A DNA stretch of 64,000 bases. Source: Bacteroidota bacterium (GTDB lineage: Bacteria; Bacteroidota; Bacteroidia; Chitinophagales; UBA8649). Of the stretch, positions 10,167 through 21,042 are shown piece after piece. Made by a program: the position numbers and the translations under genes. The notes below the pieces were generated by a model. The model was not told the origin of the DNA, searched no databases, and worked only from the letters and a program-made list of their open reading frames with translations. Positions within the stretch are counted from its first letter, which is position 1. Each line of letters begins with the position of its first letter. The DNA lies in contig PKDX01000021.1 in assembly GCA_002862745.1 (NCBI GenBank), positions 36,523 through 100,522 of the forward strand. The letters run 5' to 3'.

Positions 10167-11033
10167 ATGGCTTGGATACTTATTGGAATCATTCGGTTGT
10201 GGTCATTGATACCTCTGCGCTGCAGTCAGCTTCTTCGACGTCCGCTCGCCTTTGTCTTAGAGCATGTCGTACGCTACCGAAGAAAAACAGTTGAAGCCAA
10301 CCTTTTACGTTGCTTTCCCGATAGAGATTCTTCGGCACGCCGTCAAATCCGAAAGGACTTTTATCGCCATTTTGCCCAACAAGTTTTAGAAATTCTACGA
10401 AGCTTTAGTTATTCAGCGCATCAAGTGGCTCAGCATATAGTATTAAAAGATGAGGATTTTGAAAAGAAAGTTGCCAAGATTGACCGTCCTGTATTCCTCG
10501 TATTTTCTCATGGAGTAAATTGGGAATGGGGCGCCTTAACATGTAGTGCCGCCCTTCCCCACCCTGTATATCTTGCCTATAAACCATTAAAAAGTTCTAT
10601 AATGGACAAATGGTTAAAGGCTCGTCGCTCACGTTTTGGAGCAAATCTTATTTCGATGCGGCAATTGCCTAAGACGTTAGTGCAAATCAAGGACCAACCG
10701 AGTTGCGTACTGCTGATTGTTGACCAAAACCCGTCAAATCCTGCCCATGCACATGGAGCCGAATTCTTTGGGCAGACGAGTGCCTTTCTATCTGGCATGG
10801 CAAGGCTTGCTGTACGACATCAATTTGACATCGCCTACATCGATGTAAAGACGGTTAAGCCAGGAAAGTATAGTGCCTACATGAGGGCTTCATATGATGT
10901 ACACCCCAATACAAAACCTGAAGAGGTTAGTCAATGGTATGCCAAAGAACTCGAACAATCGCTGAGAGAAGAACCGCACCGCTGGTTGTGGACCCATAAG
11001 CGATTTAAACATGATAGCTATTGGTCGGAGTAA
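10167..11033 (+). CDS. lysophospholipid/lipid A biosynthesis acyltransferase (LpxL/HtrB family)
   Basis: 288 aa with an N-terminal membrane segment. Conserved HGVNWEW (HX4-type acyltransferase block) and a C-terminal WLWTHKRFK motif typical of the family. Confidence 0.7.
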   Translation: MAWILIGIIRLWSLIPLRCSQLLRRPLAFVLEHVVRYRRKTVEANLLRCFPDRDSSARRQIRKDFYRHFAQQVLEILRSFSYSAHQVAQHIVLKDEDFEKKVAKIDRPVFLVFSHGVNWEWGALTCSAALPHPVYLAYKPLKSSIMDKWLKARRSRFGANLISMRQLPKTLVQIKDQPSCVLLIVDQNPSNPAHAHGAEFFGQTSAFLSGMARLAVRHQFDIAYIDVKTVKPGKYSAYMRASYDVHPNTKPEEVSQWYAKELEQSLREEPHRWLWTHKRFKHDSYWSE

Positions 11034-11049
11034 TCCGTAAATTCACCCT

Positions 11050-12099
11050 ATGGAGGTTGCGATCGTCATATTAAACTGGAATGGCAAGCATTGGTTGGAA
11101 AAGTTTTTACCCAGTGTGGTAAGTCACCTTAACCCCAAACGGGATATACTCTGGGTGGCTGATAATGCCTCTACAGACGACTCTATCGAATGGCTTAAAG
11201 CCAACTATCCCCATGTTGAACTCCTTGAGATGAAGGAAAACACAGGGTATGCCGGAGGATATCATGAAGCGCTTAACGGCATTGAAGCGGATTACTACGT
11301 CTTGCTGAATAGCGATATCGAAGTGGGCCCAAATTGGCTTGACCCTATGATTGACCGCATGAATAGCCATGCACACATCGCAGCCTGTCAACCGAAAATC
11401 TTGAGTTACAACAACAAAGATTCTTTCGAGTATGCAGGGGCTTGTGGAGGCTATATCGATCGATTGGGTTATCCCTTTTGCCGAGGACGTATTCTCAATC
11501 ACTGCGAAAAGGATGAAGGGCAATATGATGAAGCCCAGCCCATTTTTTGGGCGACTGGAGCCTGCCTTGTTGTGCGATCAATTGCATATCATAGCATCGG
11601 AGGACTTCATGCACCTTTTTTCGCGCATATGGAAGAAATTGACCTTTGCTGGCGATTTCAGCGAGCAGGTTTTGAGGTATGGGTTGAGCCTAAGTCGATA
11701 GTCTACCATGTCGGCGGAGGAAGCCTATCTCAGACTAGCCCCTTTAAAACGGAGCTAAACTTTCGAAACAACCTTCTCCTATTATATCGCAATATTCATC
11801 CAGATCATCGTAATGCCCTCCTTTTTAAGCGAATGGTATGGGATGGCCTTGCTAGTGCGATTTACTTTATTACTGGGCGATGGAAGCTCTTTATGGCAGT
11901 AATTAAGGCACACAATGATTTTCGTGCCATGAAATCCCAGGAGCAAAAGGACAGCTTGAATGATAGCCTTGGCTATATTCCCCAGCACGAGCTGAAGCAC
12001 CTTTTCAATGGACATATACTCGTTCAAGCCATTCTTCGAGGGAAGAAGACCTTCGCAAGCCTTAATCAGGCCTTATTCCAAAAAGCTATCAACGGCTAA
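11050..12099 (+). CDS. glycosyltransferase family 2
   Basis: VAIVILNWNG start, DNASTDDS and LLNSDIE (DXD-like) GT-A blocks. Confidence 0.8.
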   Translation: MEVAIVILNWNGKHWLEKFLPSVVSHLNPKRDILWVADNASTDDSIEWLKANYPHVELLEMKENTGYAGGYHEALNGIEADYYVLLNSDIEVGPNWLDPMIDRMNSHAHIAACQPKILSYNNKDSFEYAGACGGYIDRLGYPFCRGRILNHCEKDEGQYDEAQPIFWATGACLVVRSIAYHSIGGLHAPFFAHMEEIDLCWRFQRAGFEVWVEPKSIVYHVGGGSLSQTSPFKTELNFRNNLLLLYRNIHPDHRNALLFKRMVWDGLASAIYFITGRWKLFMAVIKAHNDFRAMKSQEQKDSLNDSLGYIPQHELKHLFNGHILVQAILRGKKTFASLNQALFQKAING

Positions 12100-12501
12100 G
12101 ACGTAGCCTTCGAGTCCAAATCCAGCAATCAGTCCTTTACAAACTGGAGATAAAAGGTTGACTTGACGAAACTCCTCTCTTGCATAAGGATTGGAGATAT
12201 GTACCTCAACGACTGGTATATCAATGGCCGAAATAGCATCACGAAGAGCCACCGAGGTATGGGTGTAGCCACCGGCATTCAGGATAACACCATGATAACC
12301 TTTCACCTTGGCTTGTTGCAGGGCATCAATGAGCTCTCCCTCGATATTGGACTGTTTTTGATCGATGACACAACTCCCCTGATAAACATCCTTTACTTCT
12401 TGGAGGAATGTCAATAAGTCTTGGTCGCCATAAATTGAGGTTTCCCGCTGACCTACTAAATTCAAGTTTGGACCGTTAAGAATGAGGAGCTTTTTCATCA
12501 C
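12073..12501 (-). CDS. aroQ: type II 3-dehydroquinate dehydratase
   Basis: LILNGPNLNLVGQRETSIYG, NAGGYTHTSVALRDA and EVHISN motifs. An alternative start lies one codon downstream. Confidence 0.95.
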   Translation of the reverse strand: MMKKLLILNGPNLNLVGQRETSIYGDQDLLTFLQEVKDVYQGSCVIDQKQSNIEGELIDALQQAKVKGYHGVILNAGGYTHTSVALRDAISAIDIPVVEVHISNPYAREEFRQVNLLSPVCKGLIAGFGLEGYVLAVDSFLE

Positions 12502-12541
12502 TTGTATTGATTTACGAAAGTAACAAGTCCAAAGTTAGCCT

Positions 12542-13438
12542 ATGCAATGGAATACTGCTATAGAGGATTTTAGATCCTACATTATCCTTGAACGGAATCA
12601 AAGCGATAATACAGTAATGGCTTACCATGCGGATATGCTGAAGTTTCAATCCCTGCTTGAGGAAAATAAAACACCAATGAATGTCCAACGGGAAGACATC
12701 GAGGCTTTTCTCGCAGCGATTCATGACTTGGGCCTAGCCAAACGAAGTCAGGCAAGATTGCTTTCAAGCATCAAGGCCTTTTTTCGCTGGATGAATCTCG
12801 AGGGGATTCGAGAGGATAACCCTTCAGCCTCATTAGAAGGGCCCAAGCGTGATCAAAAACTGCCCGACACTCTGAGTGTGGAGGATGTAAATGCCCTGAT
12901 TGAATCCCACGACTTAAGTAAAAATGAGGGGATTCGTAATCGAGCCATCTTTGAAGTACTCTACAGTTGTGGGCTAAGGGTTAGTGAATGCATTGGCCTT
13001 ATGATGAACAACATCTACTTCGAAGAAGAAATCATCAAGGTCATCGGTAAGGGCGATCGGGAGCGACTGGTTCCCATTGGAAGAGCGGCTATGCATAGCC
13101 TTCGAATCTATCTTGATGAAGTGCGCAGTGAACAAAGTATTGCGCAAGAGGGACAGGGATTTGTCTTTTTAAATCGACGGGGTAAGCCCCTTAGCCGTGT
13201 AATGATTTTCTATATCGTGAAAGAAGCAGCAGATCGCATTGGATTGCGCAAATCAATTAGCCCACACACCTTTCGCCACAGTTTTGCCACCCATTTAGTG
13301 GAGGGAGGTGCTGATTTACGAGCCGTGCAAGAAATGCTGGGCCACGCCAACATTACCACTACAGAGATCTATACCCATTTGGACCAGAGTCATCTTAGAA
13401 AGGCTTTGGAGAAGTTTCATCCGCGGTTTAAGGAGTGA
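12542..13438 (+). CDS. xerD: tyrosine recombinase XerD-like
   Basis: 298 aa with an N-terminal SAM-like core-binding domain. Catalytic blocks include GLRVSE, HTFRHSFATHL and LGHANITTTEIYTH. Confidence 0.85.
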   Translation: MQWNTAIEDFRSYIILERNQSDNTVMAYHADMLKFQSLLEENKTPMNVQREDIEAFLAAIHDLGLAKRSQARLLSSIKAFFRWMNLEGIREDNPSASLEGPKRDQKLPDTLSVEDVNALIESHDLSKNEGIRNRAIFEVLYSCGLRVSECIGLMMNNIYFEEEIIKVIGKGDRERLVPIGRAAMHSLRIYLDEVRSEQSIAQEGQGFVFLNRRGKPLSRVMIFYIVKEAADRIGLRKSISPHTFRHSFATHLVEGGADLRAVQEMLGHANITTTEIYTHLDQSHLRKALEKFHPRFKE

Positions 13439-13542
13439 TTGAGGATGCGAGAAAGCCCACGTTCCACCCCCGCCCTACGGGCAAAATAACCTCCTCAAAA
13501 AGTGTGCCGCTGACTTAATGATTATACCGCCTTTTCAAATGA

Positions 13543-14136
13543 CTAGGCAGCAGAAAATGCCTGGCCTTTCAGAATATACTTCCCAAGAATATCAAACTCT
13601 AAGTTCACCTTGGCGCCAACGGCCAAGTCGGAAAGATTAGTGTGTTCCCAAGTGTAGGGAATAATGGCTACATCAAAAGTTTTCCCATCCGTATTAAAGG
13701 CTGTCAGTGAAATGCCATTAACACAAATCGACCCTTTTTCAACGATCATAGCTTCTAAAGAGGGCTCATAGGCGAAGCGAAGCCTCCAAGAACCTTGTTC
13801 ATCATGGACTTCAACTAACTCCCCTACTTGATCTACGTGACCTTGAACCCAATGTCCATCCAATCGATCACCCACGCGCATGGCACGCTCTACATTGACC
13901 TTCGAACCTATCTTCCAGCTATCAATATTTGTTTTCTGACGAGTTTCAAGGACGGCAGATACCTTATAGCGACCGCCTTCAATGGCCTCTACCGTAAGGC
14001 ATGCACCATTGTGACTCAAGCTCTGATCTACCTTAAAGCTATCGGTCAAGGAAGAGGAGAGCCAAAGGCTTAGATTCTCCCCTTGAAGCACATGATCTTC
14101 AACTGTAGCTTGAGCTTCGATAATTCCTGTAAACAT
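13543..14136 (-). CDS. ribE: riboflavin synthase (alpha chain)
   Basis: MFTGIIE start and duplicated lumazine-binding halves (SLSHNGACLTV / SICVNGISLT). Confidence 0.95.
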   Translation of the reverse strand: MFTGIIEAQATVEDHVLQGENLSLWLSSSLTDSFKVDQSLSHNGACLTVEAIEGGRYKVSAVLETRQKTNIDSWKIGSKVNVERAMRVGDRLDGHWVQGHVDQVGELVEVHDEQGSWRLRFAYEPSLEAMIVEKGSICVNGISLTAFNTDGKTFDVAIIPYTWEHTNLSDLAVGAKVNLEFDILGKYILKGQAFSAA

Positions 14137-16901
14137 TATTGACTGCGTATTAAGTGAATAAATCCTCCGTTTCCAGCACCGAGAGGTAAATCAATCGCTT
14201 GAAGGCCACTTGTCGTGCGTACATAAGCTTTTCCCTCATAGAGATAGACTCCTTCTGAAGCCTCTGCCCCGCTGAGCACACTTCCATCCCAATTGATATC
14301 AGGATCTGTTGTCTCAAAGACCAGATTCCCCCAGGAGTGATAAATGCGAAACTCTACGGATTCAATAAAGCGGTACGGCATTCTCGGCGTATACAAATCA
14401 TTTTGGCCATCACCATTGGGTGTAAAAGTATTGGGCAACTCATAGATGGGACAATTTTCTACGCATACGGTATCTCCTGCAAGGCTCTCATTACCAAAGC
14501 CATCCACCGAAGTCACAACATAACAGCGAGCAAATGAAAGCAAGGAGAAATCCGTGTAGAACAGATCAGACGTATTGCCAATAAAACCATAGGTCGATCC
14601 ACCATCCTCTGAAACATAGATATTAAAGGACTCAACATCCTCACCACAGCCATTGTCTTGCGTCCACTCCAAGCGGTTATCAAAGCGGAAAACCCCTAAA
14701 TCATTACCTATTAGGTCGCAGTCATTACTAACCGACAAGGCAGGCGGACAAGGAGGAATGGTATCAATTGGAATACCACAGATGCGCTGTGATTTATTAA
14801 TCAAGGTATCATTGGCCAGCTCGGCTAATGTATAGGCTCCATAACTCTCCACATAATAGCAATAGTTCGAGTCATTGATGAGGCCTGTATCAAGATATAA
14901 GGTGGTTTCAACCGTGGTTAAGGAGTCAAATACTACTCCATTATCGAGGCTGCGATAGACCACGTAGGACGTGTTATTCCATGGCACATCTTCCTGCCAA
15001 GTCAAGTTCAACGCTTCGTTTTGGGCACCTATCGATAGATAAATGGACGACGCCGGAAGACTTTGACTAAACTGATTACTATCCCTTGTGTAGAAATCTA
15101 CCCTGTAGGATTCAGGGGAAGATAGTGTATTGAGTCCGTTATCCGTAAAGAAGGTGTCGATTAATCCAGCGTAAAGCACACTTGTTGAAGCATTGCGAAG
15201 CACACCGGGTGCAGGAGTAAAGGCTGCTTCTCCGTATACTTCAAATCGATAAGGACCAATTTCTGCAAGGGTATCAAGGGCTGTACTGTCGGCTAGAGGT
15301 CGTCTCCAACGTACAAAAACCTCCCCGCTTGACGCATCAGTTGATACAACGTCTACATTGGTAATTATGGGATCTACCAGGGGTAGGACCACACAGGCTT
15401 CATCAGATGGAACACTGCTTACTGCATTATAGGCAGGTGCATTGGGCGAGGCCTGCTGATTAAAGAATTCTGCCACGACAACATAGCTGTACTCATGCCC
15501 CGAAGGGACATCAATATCAGTAAAACTTGACGCTGTAATATTTGTTCCCACTACTTCATAACCGATCGAGGCTAAATCTGCATTACAACCAAAGCTTCCC
15601 ACACCACAACCATACCTTCGATAGACCGTAAAGTATTGGAAGGCATCGGAGGTCTCACAAGCATAGGGCGCATCCCACGTTAACGTGATGTCATTACCCA
15701 ATACGGTGGCCTGAAGGCCTGTAGGACGTGGCGGAACGACTTTTACTAAAAAGGATTCGATATCGACTAAGGGAACAGGCGTACCACTTACAGAGACGTA
15801 GTCATCTTCCGCTTTAAAAATCAATTGGTATTCCCCGGCGCTAATATCGCTGCAAATCGTAGCCCAAGCAAAAGTTGCGGTTGCTGGATTACCAGGCACT
15901 GCCGAAAATGCTGTTCGATCAGGAAAGTCAATAATGGGTGCTCCATTCGCACTTATAGTAACAACATCACTTGAATTAGGGTCTGTAGCACTAAGATTCA
16001 GCACCAGTGTGTCACCAGCTGTGATGCACGTATCGGCAATTGATGCTAATTGAGGTGGATCATTCGGCTCATTGACGACAATAATTTGCATATCGCGGAT
16101 TACTGTACCCATTTTTACCGCTACCCCATCAAAGTTTCGATACTCTTCAACAAGAATCGCAATATTATAGATACCCACTTGTTGAGGGGTTGCCCAAAGG
16201 AGCTCACCTGTGCGTGGGTTGATCGTAAAGCTGTTGTTTGCACCGGGAATGATTTGATCAGGATTGACATAGGCCGGCACATTGAGTCCAGGAGCCTGAA
16301 GTGGTGAAATCAGGGAAAAAACCAAACTATCCCCATCTGCATCGTAGGCATTAGGATTATGTAGGAAGGTATCCTGCACGTTGGCATAATCGATAGGCGG
16401 ATTAAAAAGAACCGGCGATGAATTTGAGCCAAAGATGTTCGGGTCTCGGTAAAAAATAGAGTCCTCGACGTAGAAGGCAATATTAACCGACCCTCCTGCT
16501 CCACCGGCAATATTAATTATATCGTCAATTCGGTTTTGATCGAGCATGGATACAACATAGGTGGAAACGCCTGGATAGGTGTGTACCGCGGTGTATTGAT
16601 TGAGCTTTACATCATCCCCAATGATTACGCCATCAGGAATTCCATTAAAGTCAAGATCAGGTCCGTTCGAACGCAGTACAAGTTCTTGCGTACCATCGCC
16701 CCAATTCAATAATAAACTATCACGGTCAGCTGCTGCCGATTGGTCACTTACCTTACTATAGGTCACAATGGTCAGACGTATTGTCTGAGGACCGATGGTC
16801 TCATAATAGATTTCCCCTGCTCTGTAATGCGTCGCGTGAAGCGTGCAGACATAGGCCATACATGCAATAAATAGACAGAAAAGGCGACTTAGGTGCTTCA
16901 C
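14136..16901 (-). CDS. large secreted repeat protein with T9SS type B (gliding motility-associated, CHU_C-like) C-terminal sorting domain
   Basis: C-terminal LPNTFTPNGDGQNDLYTP...WDG motif. I place the start at GTG 16901, giving signal peptide VKHLSRLFCLFIACMAYVCTLHA. The longer ORF to 17036 overlaps sdhB and is rejected. Confidence 0.75.
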   Translation of the reverse strand: MKHLSRLFCLFIACMAYVCTLHATHYRAGEIYYETIGPQTIRLTIVTYSKVSDQSAAADRDSLLLNWGDGTQELVLRSNGPDLDFNGIPDGVIIGDDVKLNQYTAVHTYPGVSTYVVSMLDQNRIDDIINIAGGAGGSVNIAFYVEDSIFYRDPNIFGSNSSPVLFNPPIDYANVQDTFLHNPNAYDADGDSLVFSLISPLQAPGLNVPAYVNPDQIIPGANNSFTINPRTGELLWATPQQVGIYNIAILVEEYRNFDGVAVKMGTVIRDMQIIVVNEPNDPPQLASIADTCITAGDTLVLNLSATDPNSSDVVTISANGAPIIDFPDRTAFSAVPGNPATATFAWATICSDISAGEYQLIFKAEDDYVSVSGTPVPLVDIESFLVKVVPPRPTGLQATVLGNDITLTWDAPYACETSDAFQYFTVYRRYGCGVGSFGCNADLASIGYEVVGTNITASSFTDIDVPSGHEYSYVVVAEFFNQQASPNAPAYNAVSSVPSDEACVVLPLVDPIITNVDVVSTDASSGEVFVRWRRPLADSTALDTLAEIGPYRFEVYGEAAFTPAPGVLRNASTSVLYAGLIDTFFTDNGLNTLSSPESYRVDFYTRDSNQFSQSLPASSIYLSIGAQNEALNLTWQEDVPWNNTSYVVYRSLDNGVVFDSLTTVETTLYLDTGLINDSNYCYYVESYGAYTLAELANDTLINKSQRICGIPIDTIPPCPPALSVSNDCDLIGNDLGVFRFDNRLEWTQDNGCGEDVESFNIYVSEDGGSTYGFIGNTSDLFYTDFSLLSFARCYVVTSVDGFGNESLAGDTVCVENCPIYELPNTFTPNGDGQNDLYTPRMPYRFIESVEFRIYHSWGNLVFETTDPDINWDGSVLSGAEASEGVYLYEGKAYVRTTSGLQAIDLPLGAGNGGFIHLIRSQ

Positions 16902-16945
16902 ACCTTGAAAATACTGCCAAAAATCGAATCGAGTAGAGTCCAAGC

Positions 16946-17692
16946 TTAGGTTGGCGAAACAGAGGATTGAAGATAGAGACGATTCATTCGTGCGATGTTC
17001 TCTAGGGATATTCCTTTGGGGCATTCCGCACTGCATGCTCCTGTGTTGGTGCAGTTACCAAATCCTTCTTCATCCATCTGAGCAACCATACTACGTACAC
17101 GCTCTTTAGACTCCACTTTTCCTTGAGGAAGCCGGTCCAGTTGGGCAATTTTCGCAGAGACAAAAAGCATTGCTGAGGCATTCTTACAACTCGCAACACA
17201 GGCTCCACAACCGATACAAGTTGCCGCATTAAAGGCCTCATCGGCTTCTTCCTTACGAATAGGAATAGCATTTCCGTCAGGCGCTGCCCCAGTTCCTACC
17301 GAAACAAATCCTCCTGACTGAATAATTCGATCAAAGGCAGAGCGGTCGACCATAAGGTCGCGCACAACAGGAAAACCTTTAGCACGGAAAGGCTCGATAT
17401 AAATAGAATCGCCATCCTTAAAGGAGCGCATATGCAATTGGCACGTCGTCGTTCCCTGCTGAGGACCGTGGGGCTGACCATTAATCACCATTGAGCACAT
17501 CCCACAGATTCCCTCGCGACAATCATGATCGAAGGCGATTGGCTCATCGCCCCCCTCAATAATTTGTTGGTTCAAAACATCCATCATTTCTAGGAAGGAC
17601 ATATCCTCGGAAACGTTATCCAACGTGTAGTCAACCATTTTCCCTTGGGTTTGCGCATCTTTTTGGCGCCATACGTGTAAGGTCAATTTCAT
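16946..17692 (-). CDS. sdhB: succinate dehydrogenase/fumarate reductase iron-sulfur subunit
   Basis: Cys clusters [20 protein letters not shown] and [12 protein letters not shown]. Confidence 0.95.
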   Translation of the reverse strand: MKLTLHVWRQKDAQTQGKMVDYTLDNVSEDMSFLEMMDVLNQQIIEGGDEPIAFDHDCREGICGMCSMVINGQPHGPQQGTTTCQLHMRSFKDGDSIYIEPFRAKGFPVVRDLMVDRSAFDRIIQSGGFVSVGTGAAPDGNAIPIRKEEADEAFNAATCIGCGACVASCKNASAMLFVSAKIAQLDRLPQGKVESKERVRSMVAQMDEEGFGNCTNTGACSAECPKGISLENIARMNRLYLQSSVSPT

Positions 17693-17706
17693 AATCTCAG
17701 ATTGAA

Positions 17707-19710
17707 TTATTTATAACTTCTTGTTTTCAACTCCACATTGTCAAAGGTGAGTTCTTCTTTGTGATGATTGGGTGCTTTAGGGTCTCCTGAATATTCCCAA
17801 GCCGAGACAAAGGCGTAGTCTTTATCGTCACGCAATGCCTCCCCTTCTTCTGTTTGGTATTCTTCACGGAAGTGTCCTCCACAAGATTCCTTTCGATTCA
17901 GGGCATCATTACACATCAATTCTCCTAATTCAAGGAAGTCCGATACGCGAGATGCTTTTTCGAGTTCTGGATTTAACTCATCAAGCTTACCCGGTACGCG
18001 CACATCATTGTAAAACTCATCGCGTAGTGCTTGGACTTCGCTAATGGCATAGTTTAAGCCCTTTTCATTACGCGCCATACCGCAGTAATCCCAAATAAAC
18101 TTCCCAAGCTTACGATGGAAGGTATCGACCGTCGTTTTCCCTTGAATCGATAGAAGACTAGATAAATGCCCCTTGGCCTCCATTTCTGCTGCCTTAAACG
18201 CGTCGTGGTCTGTCGAAATAGCTCCTGTACGAATATCGTCGGCGAGGTATTCACCTATTGTGTAAGGGATTACAAAATATCCATCCGCAAGCCCTTGCAT
18301 CAGTGCAGAAGCTCCCAAACGGTTCGCTCCGTGATCGGAGAAGTTTGCTTCACCCAGTGCAAAAAGACCCGGCACAGTAGTCATTAGATTGTAATCAACC
18401 CAGAGACCTCCCATGGTGTAATGCACCGCTGGGAATATTTTCATTGGGGTTTCATAGGGATTGTCTGCTGTGATCTGCTCATACATTTGGAAAAGGTTTC
18501 CATACTTAGCGCTAACCACTTCACGTCCCATCTGCATAACCGCCTCGCGATCCGATGGACTAATTCCTTTCAGATTCGCTTGTTCTTCGCCATAACGCTC
18601 AATCGCCGAAGCAAAGTCTAAGAACACCGCCTGCCCAGTTTTATTGACGCCAAAACCAGCATCACAACGCTCTTTGGCCGCGCGAGATGCAACATCTCGA
18701 GGGACAAGGTTACCAAAGGCTGGATAACGTCGCTCCAGGTAGTAATCTCTGCGATCTTCTGGAATATCGGTAGGTCGTAGACGTCCTTCACGCACTGCCT
18801 CAGCATCCTCCTTATGCAGAGGAACCCAGATACGACCGTCATTTCGGAGCGACTCTGACATCAAGGTTAGTTTTGACTGATAGTCTCCCGATACAGGAAT
18901 ACAAGTTGGGTGAATTTGCGTAAACGATGGGTTTGCAAAGAAGGCACCGCGCTTGTGCGCTCTCCAAGAGGCCGTAGCATTGGACCCCATGGCATTGGTC
19001 GAGAGATAGAATACATTGCCATACCCTCCATTACAAAGCAATACCGCATGCCCTCCATGACTTGAGATTTCACCTGTTGCATTGTTTCGAACGACCACAC
19101 CACGCGCCTTGCCATCAATCTTTACGATGTCTAAGAGCTCATGGCGATTATACATTTTGACTTTGCCTACGGCAACTTGACGGCTTAGGGCTGAATAGGC
19201 ACCTAGTAGTAACTGCTGCCCCGTCTGGCCTCTTGCGTAGAAGGTTCTTGACACCTGCACTCCCCCAAAGGAGCGGTTGGCAAGTGTCCCCCCATATTCA
19301 CGCGCAAAAGGTACTCCTTGCGCTACGCATTGATCGATGATATTGGCCGATACTTCCGCTAAGCGATAGACATTGGCCTCTCTTGATCTGTAGTCGCCAC
19401 CTTTAATTGTATCGTAAAACAGTCGATAGGTGCTATCCCCATCGTTTTGGTAATTCTTTGCTGCGTTGATTCCTCCTTGTGCAGCGATTGAGTGCGCTCG
19501 GCGAGGGCTGTCTTGAAAAAAGAAGCATTTCACATTGTAACCAAGTTCAGCCAATGATGCAGAAGCCGAGGCACCAGCTAAGCCCGAACCAATGACAATG
19601 ATATCAATATTTCGCTTGTTGGCCGGATTAACTAAGCGTATTGAATTTTTATGTTGTGTCCACTTATCGCTTAATGGACCTCCTGGGATATTGGATTGTA
19701 GAATACTCAT
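17707..19710 (-). CDS. sdhA: succinate dehydrogenase/fumarate reductase flavoprotein subunit
   Basis: 667 aa. FAD fold [13 protein letters not shown], covalent-FAD region [14 protein letters not shown] and HYTMGG. Confidence 0.95.
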   Translation of the reverse strand: MSILQSNIPGGPLSDKWTQHKNSIRLVNPANKRNIDIIVIGSGLAGASASASLAELGYNVKCFFFQDSPRRAHSIAAQGGINAAKNYQNDGDSTYRLFYDTIKGGDYRSREANVYRLAEVSANIIDQCVAQGVPFAREYGGTLANRSFGGVQVSRTFYARGQTGQQLLLGAYSALSRQVAVGKVKMYNRHELLDIVKIDGKARGVVVRNNATGEISSHGGHAVLLCNGGYGNVFYLSTNAMGSNATASWRAHKRGAFFANPSFTQIHPTCIPVSGDYQSKLTLMSESLRNDGRIWVPLHKEDAEAVREGRLRPTDIPEDRRDYYLERRYPAFGNLVPRDVASRAAKERCDAGFGVNKTGQAVFLDFASAIERYGEEQANLKGISPSDREAVMQMGREVVSAKYGNLFQMYEQITADNPYETPMKIFPAVHYTMGGLWVDYNLMTTVPGLFALGEANFSDHGANRLGASALMQGLADGYFVIPYTIGEYLADDIRTGAISTDHDAFKAAEMEAKGHLSSLLSIQGKTTVDTFHRKLGKFIWDYCGMARNEKGLNYAISEVQALRDEFYNDVRVPGKLDELNPELEKASRVSDFLELGELMCNDALNRKESCGGHFREEYQTEEGEALRDDKDYAFVSAWEYSGDPKAPNHHKEELTFDNVELKTRSYK

Positions 19711-19728
19711 AACTCGTTCTTCCTAAGC

Positions 19729-20454
19729 TTAACTAATAAAAAAGTGAACTAACGCCACTACAATAAACATCAAAGGCACAATTACCGCAAAGGCAGTACT
19801 GGCTTTTTTGATGCCTTCCACATATTTTCCTTGGCTTACTCCCGTCGTTTGGAAGGATGATTGAAAACCATGATTTAGATGGAGACCCAATAACACAAAC
19901 GATCCACAATAAATGGCTACGCGCCAAGGGTATTTCATTCGATGGACCAACTCTGGATAGAATCGGTTAACGTCAGCAAGAATGGCCTCTGTAGCAGGAC
20001 CATCACCAATGTGTGCCTTTCCTGTCACATATTTTGCTGTGATTTCTGGAATCCAAAAGTCATAGAAGTGCAAGCCTAAAAAGCCGATCACTACACCCCC
20101 TGTAATAAGCATATTCATCGATGCCCAATTGTAGGCTCGTGCCTTGTTACCATATTGATAGCCATCTGGACGCGCCGCAGCATTTTTAGCCTGCAATACA
20201 AAGGCCATCACCATATGAATCATAAATCCTGCAATGAGCACAGGCTGTAAAGCAAACTGCACTACAGGGTTATTTCCCATAAAGTAGGCTGCCTGATTAA
20301 ACAAATTTGATTCCTCAGCACCAAAAACATTGAGCCTCAAGGAATCAACAACACTTAAGAGATTGATTGTCATATGCTGGGTTAGAAACAGAATCAGGAA
20401 TAACCCAGAAAACGCCATAATATACTTACGACTTAAGGAAGATAGTTTTGCCAT
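19729..20454 (-). CDS. sdhC: succinate dehydrogenase cytochrome b subunit (b558 family)
   Basis: 241-aa polytopic membrane protein directly upstream of sdhA/sdhB in the same orientation. Confidence 0.8.
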   Translation of the reverse strand: MAKLSSLSRKYIMAFSGLFLILFLTQHMTINLLSVVDSLRLNVFGAEESNLFNQAAYFMGNNPVVQFALQPVLIAGFMIHMVMAFVLQAKNAAARPDGYQYGNKARAYNWASMNMLITGGVVIGFLGLHFYDFWIPEITAKYVTGKAHIGDGPATEAILADVNRFYPELVHRMKYPWRVAIYCGSFVLLGLHLNHGFQSSFQTTGVSQGKYVEGIKKASTAFAVIVPLMFIVVALVHFFIS

Positions 20455-20475
20455 AACAAGCAGGTTCGCTTATTG

Positions 20476-21042
20476 CTAATGTACGTCAATTGCATATTTA
20501 GACAAGAGACTTTTCCAGCTATTTACGTAGAAATCTGCGTTGTTTTTCGTCAAATTTTCACCAAAGCCGACAGTTGTGCATCCTAGCGCCTTTCCAAAGG
20601 CAATATCTGAGTCGGAATCTCCTACCATTGTGGACAACGAAAAATCAACTCCTGGAAAGTCCCGTTCGATGGCGGCCTTCCAACCCACTCCGGGTTTACG
20701 ATACACCGGGTGGTCGCTAGCAAGCTCGGTCGCCGCATAAATGGCATGAATCTGGCCACCTGCTGATTGAATCTCCTCCACCATCGCGTGATGAATATTT
20801 TGCAAGTCCTCTTTAGACATCAATCCCTTGGAGACACCCTGTTGATTCGTCACAATGGCTATTCCGTAATACCGCTTAGATAACAAGGACAAAGCATCTA
20901 AGACACCCGGCATAAAGACAAACTCATCCCAAGACTTCACATAATCGTTGATAATCCGTTGATTAATCACTCCATCGCGATCAAGAAGCAACACGGAGCG
21001 TTGGGGATCGATCGTAAGGTAAGATTTACTCGTCGTCGACAT
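20476..21042 (-). CDS. gmhB: D-glycero-D-manno-heptose 1,7-bisphosphate phosphatase (HAD superfamily)
   Basis: LLLDRDGVIN (DxDG HAD motif I) and MVGDSDSD. Start moved to the internal ATG at 21042, since the longer ORF runs through gmhA. 17-nt overlap with gmhA. Confidence 0.75.
   Translation of the reverse strand: MSTTSKSYLTIDPQRSVLLLDRDGVINQRIINDYVKSWDEFVFMPGVLDALSLLSKRYYGIAIVTNQQGVSKGLMSKEDLQNIHHAMVEEIQSAGGQIHAIYAATELASDHPVYRKPGVGWKAAIERDFPGVDFSLSTMVGDSDSDIAFGKALGCTTVGFGENLTKNNADFYVNSWKSLLSKYAIDVH

Noticed and set aside
11107-11523. 138-aa ORF antisense to the GT2 gene, and a 120-aa ORF (40325..40687) antisense to rplK/nusG.
   Set aside because: Both are fully nested opposite well-supported genes and I recognised no family signature.
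13441-13500. 7-bp inverted repeat TTGAGGA...TCCTCAA with a ~50-nt spacer between convergent xerD and ribE, considered as a terminator or structured RNA.
   Set aside because: The loop is long, the stem is short and there is no flanking T-run, so I cannot distinguish it from chance.
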